From assembly GCA_047601445.1 (NCBI GenBank), contig JASGJH010000001.1:4640001-4704000 (forward strand): a stretch of 64,000 nt of DNA, written 5' to 3'. The notes below the pieces were generated by a model. That model saw nothing but the letters and a program-made list of their open reading frames with translations. It was not told where the DNA came from and did no database searches. This stretch comes from Myxococcales bacterium (GTDB lineage Bacteria > Myxococcota_A > Polyangia > Polyangiales > DASUME01). Below are positions 38,259-47,670 of the stretch, one piece after another; position 1 is the first letter of the stretch, and every line of letters begins with the position of its first letter. A program made the translations under genes and the position numbers.

Positions 38259-38504
38259 TAGCCCGCTGGTGAGGGCCAAGGGGCACCCTCTGCGCGCATG
38301 GCACGCCCCCGCGCGGCGCGAAGAATCAACGTGCGACCAGGTCAGCCGCCCCATGAGCCGCGCTGTCTGAGCGAAACTCGAGCTCCTCCGAGGAGCGAGT
38401 TCGCGGCCCCACCGCCCCAAGCGACCCCATGTACGTACAACCGCGGATCAAAGCCCATGGCGACCGCGCGCTGAGGGTGCCCCTTGGCCCTCACCAGCGG
38501 GCTA
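38259..38504 (-). repeat. element B: 246 bp with 39-bp terminal inverted repeats (38/39 match)
   Basis: 38259-38297 versus 38466-38504; core about 80% identical to the element A core by manual alignment, in the opposite orientation. Confidence 0.85.
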
Positions 38505-38550
38505 TCACTAGGGAGCGCGCCGCGAGACCTCGTGGGAGCGCCGTGAGCCC

Positions 38551-39678
38551 TCAGGGGAGTTTGCCGTCCACGCCCTTCACGTAGAACTTGATTGCGTGCA
38601 GGAAGTCGTCGCTCGCGCGCTCCCCTGCCTTCAATAGCTCCTTGCCGGCCTGGTCCACGATGGGCCCGGTCCACGGATGAAACGAGCCATCACTCAAGCC
38701 CGCCTTCACTTTGGCGAGCTTCTCTTTGACTGACGCGGGCACCTTTTCCGAGATGGAGACGAAGTCGATCGCCCCCTCCTTCACGCCCCACCACGCCGTG
38801 CCGCTCTTCCAGGTGCCGTCGAGCACGTCTTTCACGGCCTTGGTGTAGTAGGGCCCCCAGTTGATGATGGCGGATCCAAGGTGCGCCTTGGGCCCGTAGG
38901 CGCTCATGTCGGAGTCCCACCCGAACGCGTACTTGCCCGCCTTCTCTGCGGTTTGCAGCACGGCAGCGGAGTCGGTGTTCTGGAACAACACGTCGGCGCC
39001 CTGGTCGAGCAAGGACTGAGCTCCTTCCGCTTCCTTGGGCGGATCGAACCACTTGTTGATCCACACTACCTTGGTCTTCACGGCCGGATTCACGGTTTGC
39101 GCGCCGAGCGTGAAGGAGTTGATGTTGCGGATCACTTCGGGGATCGGGATGGACGCGATGACGCCCAGGGTCCCGCTCTTGCTCATGCTGCCGGCCACGA
39201 TGCCGGCCATGTAGGCGCCCTCGTAGGTACGTGAGTCGTAGGCCCGCAGGTTGTCGGCGGTCTTGTAGCCGGTGGCGTGCTCGAACTTCACTTGCTTGTT
39301 GTCGGCGGCCACCTTGAGCATCGACTCCATGTACCCGAAGGTCGTGCCGAAGATCACGCTGTTGCCCTGGCTCACGAGGTCACGGATCACGCGCTCTGCA
39401 TCCGCCGCCTCGGGTACGTTCTCCACGAAGGTGGTGCTGACTTTGCTGCCGAAGGCCGCCTCGATGGTCTTGCGCCCGCGATCGTGGGCGAAGGTCCAAC
39501 CCGCGTCCCCCACCGGGCCTACGTAGGCGAACGCGATCTTGAGCTGCGCGGGCGGCACCTGGGCGCTCGGGGCCGCCGCGTGGGCGGACGCGGGCTCCTC
39601 CTTCTTGCCGCAGCCGAGTGCGCACAGGAGGGAGAGCAACAAGCTGGACCACAACACGGTTCGAGTCAGGCGATGCAT
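38551..39678 (-). CDS. BMP-family ABC substrate-binding lipoprotein (purine/nucleoside)
   Basis: LGC lipobox; YVGPVGDAGWTFAHD; TTFGYM; HATGYK; PEVIRNIN; WFDP. Confidence 0.9.
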   Translation of the reverse strand: MHRLTRTVLWSSLLLSLLCALGCGKKEEPASAHAAAPSAQVPPAQLKIAFAYVGPVGDAGWTFAHDRGRKTIEAAFGSKVSTTFVENVPEAADAERVIRDLVSQGNSVIFGTTFGYMESMLKVAADNKQVKFEHATGYKTADNLRAYDSRTYEGAYMAGIVAGSMSKSGTLGVIASIPIPEVIRNINSFTLGAQTVNPAVKTKVVWINKWFDPPKEAEGAQSLLDQGADVLFQNTDSAAVLQTAEKAGKYAFGWDSDMSAYGPKAHLGSAIINWGPYYTKAVKDVLDGTWKSGTAWWGVKEGAIDFVSISEKVPASVKEKLAKVKAGLSDGSFHPWTGPIVDQAGKELLKAGERASDDFLHAIKFYVKGVDGKLP

Positions 39679-39730
39679 TTCGGAGCTCCAGTGGCGAGGG
39701 GTCTGGGAACGGACGCGCCGGCGAAGGCGA

Positions 39731-40651
39731 TCAAGAACTCGGCACGAAGGGCTTGCCGAGCGAGGCGGGCATGTTCGCGCGCACCCAACCCGCATCGCGC
39801 GAGATGAGCACCAGCACGAGGATGGTGGAGAGATAGGGCAGCATGCTCAGCCACTGACTGGCGATCTGCACACCGTGCCCCTGCAGATGGAACTGCAGCA
39901 TGGTCACGCCACCGAACAGATAGGCGCCGAGCAGGATGCGCAGGGGACGCCAGGTGGCGAAGGTCGTGAGCGCGAGGGCGATCCAGCCGCGTCCGGAGAC
40001 CATGCCCTCGACCCACATCGGCGTGTAGACCGTCGACAAATAGGCTCCTGCCAGCCCGCACAGCGCACCGCCGAGCGTCACGCATGCGAGGCGTAGGGCG
40101 CGCACGGGATAGCCGAGCGCATGGGCAGCCTCGGGCGCTTCACCCACCCCGCGCAAGAGCAAGCCGCGTCGCGTATGGAACAGGAACCAGTGCAGCGCGA
40201 GCGCGAAGAGAGCGGCCGCGTAGGTGAGCGGGTGTTGTCTAAAAAGGGCCGGACCCAGCAGGGGCAGATCCGCGAGCCAAGGGAGCGCGAAGGTGCCGCG
40301 GGCGGGCAGTTGCTGCTGGGTGTACTCGGTGCCCACGAAGGCCGAGAGACCGCTCCCGAACAGGCTCAGCGCGAGTCCCGCCGCGTACTGGTTGGTGTGC
40401 AAGAAGATCACGAGCAACCCGAAGAGCAGCGCCAGCAGCGCGCCCGCGAGCGCCCCGCATAGCAACGCCAGCACGTCGCTGTGGGTGTGCACGCACGCGG
40501 CAAAGCCCGCGACCGCGGCCACCAGCATGAGGCCTTCGGCGCCTAGATTGACCACCCCCGCGCGCTCGTTGATCACCAGGCCGAGGCTGGCGATGGCGAG
40601 CACCGTGCCGGCGCTCAAGGTGGCAGCCACGAGCAACGCGAGGGACTCCAC
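39731..40651 (-). CDS. nucleoside ABC transporter permease
   Basis: ERAGVVNLGAEGLM; GRGWIALAL; PASLGKPF. Confidence 0.9.
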   Translation of the reverse strand: MESLALLVAATLSAGTVLAIASLGLVINERAGVVNLGAEGLMLVAAVAGFAACVHTHSDVLALLCGALAGALLALLFGLLVIFLHTNQYAAGLALSLFGSGLSAFVGTEYTQQQLPARGTFALPWLADLPLLGPALFRQHPLTYAAALFALALHWFLFHTRRGLLLRGVGEAPEAAHALGYPVRALRLACVTLGGALCGLAGAYLSTVYTPMWVEGMVSGRGWIALALTTFATWRPLRILLGAYLFGGVTMLQFHLQGHGVQIASQWLSMLPYLSTILVLVLISRDAGWVRANMPASLGKPFVPSS

Positions 40652-41751
40652 TAGCGGGCCTCCTGCGTGGCGGACGCGGGCTCGCTGGCGCGCGGACGCG
40701 GCGACCAGCGCAGGCGGTGGGAAATCAAGCTGTCGCAAGCGAGCAACGAGAAGAGCAACAGGCCCTGGAACACGTAGCTCAGCGACTTCGGGAGCCCCAT
40801 GCGCGACTGGGCGAGCTCACCGCCGATCAAGAACAGGCTCATCAACAGCGACGAGAACAGGACGCCCGCGGGATGCAGGCGCCCCACGAACGCCACGATG
40901 ATGGCGGCGAAGCCATAGCCCGTGGGCACGTAAGGTGTGAGCTGCCCGAGTGGACCCGCGATCTCCACACCTCCTGCCAGGCCCGCGAGGGCGCCCGACA
41001 CGAGCAGCGCGCCCCACAGGCTCGCGCGTTCGGAGAAGCCGGCATAGCGTGCAGCCTGAGGCGCAAGACCCGACACGCTGAGTTGAAAGCCCCAGTAGCT
41101 CCGGAACAACAGGAGCCACACCAGCAAGAGCGACAGCAGGCCCAGCGGAAAACCGGCATGGATGCGCTGGCCGTCCACCAGACGCGGGAGCTTGGTGGCC
41201 TCCACGAAGCTGATGGTCTGGGGGAAATTGTAGCCCTCCGGATCCTTCCAGGGGCCGTACACGAGGTAGCCGAGCAGCAGCTCCGCTACGTAGACCAGCA
41301 TCAGGCTGACGAGGATCTCGCTGGCGTGGAAGCGGTCGCGCAAGAACGCCGTGAGGGCCGCCCAGAGCATGCCGCCGAGTGCACCCGCGAGCATCACCCA
41401 CAGCACGAAGCTGCCGTGGCTCTCGGTGCTGGCCTGCATGGAGACACCGGAGGCGAAGATGGCCCCGAGCACGTATTGGCCTTCGGCCCCGATGTTCCAC
41501 ACGTTGGCGCGGAAGCACAGCGAGAGACCGAGCGCGATGAGCAGGAGTGGGGTGGCCTTGACCGCGAGCTCGGAGGCATCTCGAAGATCGTCGAGGGGCT
41601 CCACGAAGAACATGGCGAGCCCGCGCCAGGGATCCTTGCCGAGCAGGGTAAATAGCAGCGCGCCGAGCAGCACCGTGATGCCGAGCGCGAACAGCGGCGA
41701 GAGCAGCGCCATGCGCTGCGAGGGCTCGGGGCGAGCTTCAAGGCGCAACAT
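40651..41751 (-). CDS. nucleoside ABC transporter permease
   Basis: WNIGAEGQ; EILVSLML; GYGFAAIIVAFVGRLHP. Confidence 0.9.
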   Translation of the reverse strand: MLRLEARPEPSQRMALLSPLFALGITVLLGALLFTLLGKDPWRGLAMFFVEPLDDLRDASELAVKATPLLLIALGLSLCFRANVWNIGAEGQYVLGAIFASGVSMQASTESHGSFVLWVMLAGALGGMLWAALTAFLRDRFHASEILVSLMLVYVAELLLGYLVYGPWKDPEGYNFPQTISFVEATKLPRLVDGQRIHAGFPLGLLSLLLVWLLLFRSYWGFQLSVSGLAPQAARYAGFSERASLWGALLVSGALAGLAGGVEIAGPLGQLTPYVPTGYGFAAIIVAFVGRLHPAGVLFSSLLMSLFLIGGELAQSRMGLPKSLSYVFQGLLLFSLLACDSLISHRLRWSPRPRASEPASATQEAR

Positions 41752-43294
41752 GGTAGACCTCCTCGGCGTGCGAGCTCACGACCGCAGGTCCGCGGTCGAA
41801 CAGCCCTGCCATGTAGGCGCCGACGAGGGCGCTGGTGGCGTCGGCGATGGGAATACTCGGGGACAGGCGTCCACCCGCCATCACCAGCAATCGATCACTG
41901 ACCTCGAATAGCTCGTCGAGCTCCTCGCTCACGATCAGGATGGCCGCGCCCCGTGCGCGCAAATCGAGCAGGGCCGCGCGGATCTCGCTGGCAGCTCCCA
42001 CGTCCACGCCCCAGGTGGGCTGCGAAATCAGCAGCACGCGCGGCGCGGCGTCGAGCTCGCGCCCCACCAAGAAGCGCTGCAGATTGCCGCCCGAAAGGCT
42101 CTTGGCCTCGGCGTTCGGCCCGCTGGTCTTGACCTTGAACGCGGTGATCAAACGACGCGCTAGCTCGGTCTGCCGGCGCAAATCGAGCCACCCCGAGCGC
42201 GCCACGGGCTCCTCCCGCGTGAGCATGGTGTTCTCCGCCAAGGACAGGCTCGGCACCGCCGCGCGCCCGAGGCGCTCCTCGGGCAAGAAGCGCAGCCCGA
42301 GCGCACGTCGCGCACGGGGCCCCTGCCCGCATAGCTCACCCCCGAACAAGCTCACCTGCCCCGGCTCGAGCCGCGTGTCTTCGCCCGAGAGCAACGCCAT
42401 CAGCTCGCGCTGCCCATTGCCCGACACGCCAGCCACACCCACGATCTCGCCTTGTCTGAGCTCGAACGAGACCTCCTCGAGGGACACACCGTGCACGTCG
42501 CGACGCGACGCACTCAAGCGCTGCACGGTCAACGCGGGCTCCCCGGCCTGGGTGCGCGCTCGGCTCAAGCTGGGAGGCTCGGCCCCCAACATCAAGCGCG
42601 CCAGGCTCTCATTGCTCTCGCTCCGCGGGTCCACTTCGCCGCTGACGCGACCTGCGCGCAGCACGCTGCAGCGATCGCAGAGTGCGCGGATCTCCCCCAG
42701 CTTGTGGCTGATATAGAGGATGGAGCAGCCGCGCTCCGCCAGCCGCCGCAACGTGACGAACAACTTCTCCACGGCCTGCGGTGTCAGCACGGAGGTGGGC
42801 TCGTCGAGGATCAACAGGCGCGGTTCGTTCAAGAGAGCCCGCAAGATCTCCACGCGCTGACGCTCCCCCACGGAGAGCGCGTGCACCGGGCGCTCGGGGT
42901 CCACCTCGAGCCCGTACTCTCCGGAGGTGGCGCGCATGCGCTGCACCACCGAGGAAAGCGTCCCTGACCGCTCCTGCCCCAGCCAGACGTTCTCGGCCGC
43001 GCTCAACGTCTCGAACAAGGAGAAGTGCTGGAACACCATGGCGATGCCCAGGCTGCGCGCCGCCTTGGGGCCCGCGATGGTGACGGGCCGGCCGTCCCAC
43101 AACACGCGACCTGCGTCGGGCTTCACCAGGCCATAGATGACCTTCATCAACGTGGACTTGCCCGCGCCGTTCTCCCCCAAGATCGCGTGAATCGAGCCGG
43201 CTCGTACGCTGAGCGACACGTCATCGTTCGCGATCACGCCAGGGTAGCGTTTGCAGATTCCCTGCAGCGTGAGGCGAGGCGGCGCGTCGACCAT
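41738..43294 (-). CDS. nucleoside ABC transporter ATP-binding protein (two NBDs)
   Basis: GENGAGKSTL; LSVGERQRVEI; LSGGNLQ; QPTWGVD. Confidence 0.93.
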   Translation of the reverse strand: MVDAPPRLTLQGICKRYPGVIANDDVSLSVRAGSIHAILGENGAGKSTLMKVIYGLVKPDAGRVLWDGRPVTIAGPKAARSLGIAMVFQHFSLFETLSAAENVWLGQERSGTLSSVVQRMRATSGEYGLEVDPERPVHALSVGERQRVEILRALLNEPRLLILDEPTSVLTPQAVEKLFVTLRRLAERGCSILYISHKLGEIRALCDRCSVLRAGRVSGEVDPRSESNESLARLMLGAEPPSLSRARTQAGEPALTVQRLSASRRDVHGVSLEEVSFELRQGEIVGVAGVSGNGQRELMALLSGEDTRLEPGQVSLFGGELCGQGPRARRALGLRFLPEERLGRAAVPSLSLAENTMLTREEPVARSGWLDLRRQTELARRLITAFKVKTSGPNAEAKSLSGGNLQRFLVGRELDAAPRVLLISQPTWGVDVGAASEIRAALLDLRARGAAILIVSEELDELFEVSDRLLVMAGGRLSPSIPIADATSALVGAYMAGLFDRGPAVVSSHAEEVYHVAP

Positions 43295-43395
43295 GGATCA
43301 CCGAGAAATGGGGACACCATGAGCGTGGCAGCGCGGGATTTCGCAGGTGTTTCCCTGGCAGGTCGGGTTGGCGCGGGCGCGCGTCGGACCAGGTT

Positions 43396-43992
43396 CTACG
43401 GGCAACCCAGGGTGGGACCAGGCTTGAGCACGACCTCCGAAAGGTTCGTGTTGGCGTCCCCGGATCGGCGCCAGGGGTCGAAGATTTGCACCTGGTAGCC
43501 CTGGGCCTGAATGCAGGTGGTGCTGGCCACGAAGGGCAGGCCGTCCGCCGCCAGGATACCTGCCATCCACTGCGAAACACCGCCCAGCTGCCAGCGGCCC
43601 TCGACGTCGCTCTTGGTCTCCTGGCTGAAGATGGCATCGCGCGGGACGTGCTGGCCCAGCACGGGTGTGGGGGACTGCCAGGCCTTGACCATGATCAGCG
43701 CGGAAGCGATGGGGGCCCGTGTGCGTTCGTCGATGACGCGCCCGGTGCGGCTCTGGGTCAGGGTCACGCAGGCCAGCACGGGGTGGCCCGCGGCGATCTC
43801 CACGGCCTCGGGCTTGCGGACATCGATGGGCTTGAGGTCGGAGTCGAGCAGCGCCCCTAGGGGACCCGCGGGATCGCAGGGCTCCCCGGGCGCGATGCGC
43901 TGGGAGGTTCGGCCGGAAGCGAGGCCGCCGCCGCAGCCAGCGAGCGCGAGCCCGACCCAGACGGCGAGATGTGCGCCGTGTGGCATGCGCAT
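43396..43992 (-). CDS. hypothetical lipoprotein (carboxypeptidase-regulatory-like beta domain)
   Basis: LAGC lipobox; GRVID..T.API..A; SD.EGRW. Confidence 0.6.
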   Translation of the reverse strand: MRMPHGAHLAVWVGLALAGCGGGLASGRTSQRIAPGEPCDPAGPLGALLDSDLKPIDVRKPEAVEIAAGHPVLACVTLTQSRTGRVIDERTRAPIASALIMVKAWQSPTPVLGQHVPRDAIFSQETKSDVEGRWQLGGVSQWMAGILAADGLPFVASTTCIQAQGYQVQIFDPWRRSGDANTNLSEVVLKPGPTLGCP

Positions 43993-44050
43993 GGTGCCAC
44001 CTATGTGTTCAATCGCGCTCGGGATGCAAGCGGAAACCCGCCTGTGCTAC

Positions 44051-45370
44051 ATGGGGTTAGCCCGCGTGCCAGCCACCACGAAACATGTCGTGTTCGCCAT
44101 GCTGCACGAGTCCGGCCATTTGAACCCGAGCTTCAAGCTGGCCAAGGCGTTGATCGCGCGCGGTCACCGGGTGAGCTACCTGGCGATCCCCGATGCCGAA
44201 CCGCTGATCGCACCCCAGGGTATCCCCACCCTACCGCTCTGGCCGGACCTCTTTCCCGCTGGCTTCGTGGCCCAGGAAGAGAAGCTCTCCACGCTGGCCC
44301 GGCGACGCGCCATCACGCGTCGCTACGACGAGCTCCTGCGGCGCCTCGAGCGCCGTGCGGGTGAGCTCTTCCCGAGCGCCCCGGATTTGCTCGTGGTCGA
44401 CGTGACGCAGCCGCAGTTCGCCTTCTGGGGGCGGCGCGCAGGGGTGCCCTTCCTGTACCTCAACACGTCCCTGCCACAGACCCACGATCGCGGCGTACCA
44501 CCCCTGCGCAGCGGGCGCAGCTTTCACCCCGAATGGTCGCACAAGCTCCAGGCGGAGCTCGATTGGGAGCGCTTCCTGCTCAAGCGCCGTGTGAGCGCCG
44601 CGGCGGCCGATTTGGGCGGCATGTGCCCGCCCTACGATCTCGCGCGCAAGCGCGCCAAGCGCTTCGGCGTGCGGCGGCGGGAGCTCGATTGGCGCACGGC
44701 GTACATGCCCCAGCTGCGCGACGTGCTCGAGCTCGGCCTGTGCCCGCCCGCGTTCGACTTTCCGCGTCCAGCGGCGCCACGCCGCATCGCCATCGCCTCC
44801 GTCGATCTCGAGCGCTCCGAGCGTCCCTTCGACTGGAGCGCCGTCCCGGATGACAAACCACTGATCTTCTGCGCGCTCGGTGGTCAACGCTATCGCCCCG
44901 AGGATGTGCCCGGCTTCTTCGCCAGGCTGGTGTCGATGATGACCACCCACCCCGACTGGCATCTGCTGTTGTGCGTCGGGAAGCACGTCGCGCCGAGTTC
45001 GCTCGGCGCCTTGCCCGACAACGTCAGCGTGCGCGAGAGCGCGCCTCAGCTGGCTGTGCTGCGCCGGGCGCGGGCCATGATCACGCACGCGGGGCTCGGC
45101 AGCGTCAAGGAGTGCATCTTGAACGGGGTCCCGATGTTGGCGGTGCCGCTCGACGTGGATCAGCCCGCCAACGCGGCCCGTGTGGCCTATCACGGCCTCG
45201 GGCTGCTGGCAGACGTGCGGGACAGCACGCAGGAGGAGCTGAGCTCCAAGTTGCGGCGTCTGCTGACGGATCGCGAGCTCCAGGCACGCATGGCACGGAT
45301 GCGCGAGCGCTTCCTCGAGGTCGAGCAGTCCGACCGGGGCGTCGAACAGGTCGAGGCCTTCTTCGGCTGA
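44051..45370 (+). CDS. glycosyltransferase family 1 (UDP-glycosyltransferase / MGT type)
   Basis: GHLNP; APQLAVL....ITHAGLGSVKECI..GVPMLAVP...DQPANA. Confidence 0.9.
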   Translation: MGLARVPATTKHVVFAMLHESGHLNPSFKLAKALIARGHRVSYLAIPDAEPLIAPQGIPTLPLWPDLFPAGFVAQEEKLSTLARRRAITRRYDELLRRLERRAGELFPSAPDLLVVDVTQPQFAFWGRRAGVPFLYLNTSLPQTHDRGVPPLRSGRSFHPEWSHKLQAELDWERFLLKRRVSAAAADLGGMCPPYDLARKRAKRFGVRRRELDWRTAYMPQLRDVLELGLCPPAFDFPRPAAPRRIAIASVDLERSERPFDWSAVPDDKPLIFCALGGQRYRPEDVPGFFARLVSMMTTHPDWHLLLCVGKHVAPSSLGALPDNVSVRESAPQLAVLRRARAMITHAGLGSVKECILNGVPMLAVPLDVDQPANAARVAYHGLGLLADVRDSTQEELSSKLRRLLTDRELQARMARMRERFLEVEQSDRGVEQVEAFFG

Positions 45371-45395
45371 CCCTTGGTGATTCCGGCCCTGACGG

Positions 45396-45824
45396 TTACT
45401 GCGCCTCGCGCGTACCGTCGCCCCAGCTCTCATCCGCGCACAGGTAGCTGCAGTACATGTCGAACGCCGTGTCGTCGAGACCGCGGCAGCCGAGTCCGGC
45501 GCCGCACTTGACGAACTCCGTGGGCGGGTCGCTGCACTCGGGATTCCCGCCGCAGATCTGCACGCACACTGCGTCGACGCACTCGTGGCCTTCCCCGAGC
45601 CGCGTCACGCACTCCTGGTCGGTCTTGCACTCGCGCGCGCAGTGCTTGGCGATGATGCCGCCTTGCGCGCAGAACAAGCCCTCGTCGCAGTCGTCGTCCG
45701 TCTCGCAGCTGGCGAACGCCAGACGGCTGCTCGTACCTCCGCGATCGTCGCCGCAGGCCGCGGGCATGAGACCGAGCGCGATGGAGACGGAGAGAAGCGC
45801 GGCGTGAATGGACTTGGGGGACAT
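45396..45824 (-). CDS. Cys-rich lipoprotein
   Basis: AAC lipobox; C..D.DC..GL.C repeats. Confidence 0.7.
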   Translation of the reverse strand: MSPKSIHAALLSVSIALGLMPAACGDDRGGTSSRLAFASCETDDDCDEGLFCAQGGIIAKHCARECKTDQECVTRLGEGHECVDAVCVQICGGNPECSDPPTEFVKCGAGLGCRGLDDTAFDMYCSYLCADESWGDGTREAQ

Positions 45825-45890
45825 CAGTGCGCAGAGCTTAGCCCAGGCTCTCATCACGGTGGGACTTTGGATGAGAACTTCGAGCGGGCC

Positions 45891-46796
45891 TCAGGGCATC
45901 GGCTTGCCGGTGTTGGTGTCCACGCTGCCTGCGCCTACCCACTGGGCCGACCAGTAACCGCCGCCTCCATAGGGGAAAGGCAGGATCGGCGGCAGCACGG
46001 GGTTCAGCTCGAGCAGCGACCAGTTGCTCGGGAAATCGGGCTTGGGAAATGGTGTGCCTTTGAACATGTCGGCCACCACGTCCGTGGCGCGGACCTCCAC
46101 CGAGCCATCGCACTTGGGGAAGGTCTTGACCCCATTCTGACAGGGGAACGAGCTGGTCTTCACGTCGTACTTGCCGAGCACCGGGCCCTCGAACTTCGCC
46201 TCGTTGAGCACTGCCTTGACCAGGATGGCGTAGCCACCCGAGAGCGTGGCCTTGAACTCCTTGGTCTTGCAGTCGAGCTTGCCCGTGAGCTTGCCCTCGA
46301 AGGGAAACAAGCCGTCCGCGGTGCCTCGCACGTAGCCATCGGAGATCTCGAGCTCGTCGTAGAACTCTTCGCCGGGCACTGGCTCTTTGCCGCTGGAGTT
46401 GAGCGTGAAGGCGAGGCCGGGCTTGCCGTCGAGGCTGAGCGCCCAGACCGGGATCGCGCTCCAACCCACCGTGAACTGGGAGTAGTAGTAGCCGAAGAAC
46501 TCCCCTTCGTAGCGGCCGGGCTTGCAGTCGCCCACGAAGCCCGTGTCGCTCGGTTGCTCTGGCTCTTCGCAGTTGCACACGCTCCACGTGCCATCGTCGA
46601 AGCACGCCCGTGTGCTCTCGCTGCCGTCGGGGCAATCGCACGCCTCTTCGTCGTTGGGTTCGCACTCCATCTCGGGCTCGTCGTCCGAGTCGGACGGGAG
46701 CGGCGCAGAACTCGTGGTCGGAGGCGGATCGGAACACGCTCCGAGCGGCGTCAAAATCAGCGAGCAGAACCCAGTAAGATAAGCAGAACCGCGCAT
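45891..46796 (-). CDS. Cys-rich lipoprotein
   Basis: LGAC lipobox; C.P.....C.C......R.C...G.W..C.C module. Confidence 0.75.
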   Translation of the reverse strand: MRGSAYLTGFCSLILTPLGACSDPPPTTSSAPLPSDSDDEPEMECEPNDEEACDCPDGSESTRACFDDGTWSVCNCEEPEQPSDTGFVGDCKPGRYEGEFFGYYYSQFTVGWSAIPVWALSLDGKPGLAFTLNSSGKEPVPGEEFYDELEISDGYVRGTADGLFPFEGKLTGKLDCKTKEFKATLSGGYAILVKAVLNEAKFEGPVLGKYDVKTSSFPCQNGVKTFPKCDGSVEVRATDVVADMFKGTPFPKPDFPSNWSLLELNPVLPPILPFPYGGGGYWSAQWVGAGSVDTNTGKPMP

Positions 46797-47147
46797 GAAT
46801 CGTCAGTAAAGGGAACGGCGGCGGAACTCAATCGCAGCAGGTTGACACTCTTGTCCAGTTGGCCCGAGCTGGTAGTGCTCTGCAGGTCCGCGACCCTTCG
46901 TCAACGGCGCGATTGGCGGCGACACACCCACCGGTTGACAGTTGGGCCCAAGCAGCAGGTGCGCCTGCCCTTCCTCGGTGTGGTCGTGGCACCCGTGCAG
47001 CGCGCTCTCGGGGCTGTGGCGTCCTGCGACGCCCGCGCGCCCTGGCCGGCGCGAGAACACTGACGAATGTGTGCCCGGGAGCGCCCCTCGCCTGGCGCAC
47101 AACTTGCGGGAGTCGAGCGGGTGCAGAGGAAGTAGCGGAGGCGACGG

Positions 47148-47600
47148 GTGCACGACTGGTGGACGCTGATCTCGCGCTTGCTGCTGGCCCTCATGGCGGG
47201 CGGCGCCATCGGCCTCAACCGCGGCATGGCGGGCAAGCCTGCCGGCACGCGCACGCACATGCTCATCTCGCTGGGGGCCGCGCTTTACGTGATGTCGGCC
47301 GGGCATCAGCACCCAGGCAGCGACGCCGAGAGCCGGGCTATCCAGGGTGTGGCCGCGGGCGTGGGCTTCCTCGGAGCTGGCGAGATCGTCCACCGCACCA
47401 AGCAGGGCAAGCCGGTGCCCCACAACCTCACCTCGGCGGCGGCCATCTGGGTCGCGGCGAGCGCGGGCGTGGCAGCGGGCGTGGGCCTCTGGGAGCTCCT
47501 CGTGACCGCCACGGCGCTCACACTGTTCGCGCTGATCGTGATCAAGAAAATCGAGGGCCGCTTCGAATCCTCCACGGACTCGGCCCCACAGGACGATTGA
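47148..47600 (+). CDS. MgtC/SapB family membrane protein
   Basis: KPAGTRTH; GVGFLGAG; LTSAAAIW. Confidence 0.88.
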   Translation: MHDWWTLISRLLLALMAGGAIGLNRGMAGKPAGTRTHMLISLGAALYVMSAGHQHPGSDAESRAIQGVAAGVGFLGAGEIVHRTKQGKPVPHNLTSAAAIWVAASAGVAAGVGLWELLVTATALTLFALIVIKKIEGRFESSTDSAPQDD

Positions 47601-47670
47601 ACGCCTTCCGGGCGGAAACGCGCGCAACAAGCTGGGCAGCCTCGGACCCATCCAGGTACGATTTCGGGCC

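Noticed and set aside
37368..38420. Repetitive ORFs overlapping the tandem arrays and elements A/B
   Set aside because: They are translations of non-coding repeats in several frames, with no RBS or coding bias.
36014..38504. Integrative island at tRNA-Ser(TGA)
   Set aside because: No integrase and no duplicated tRNA 3' end were seen downstream.
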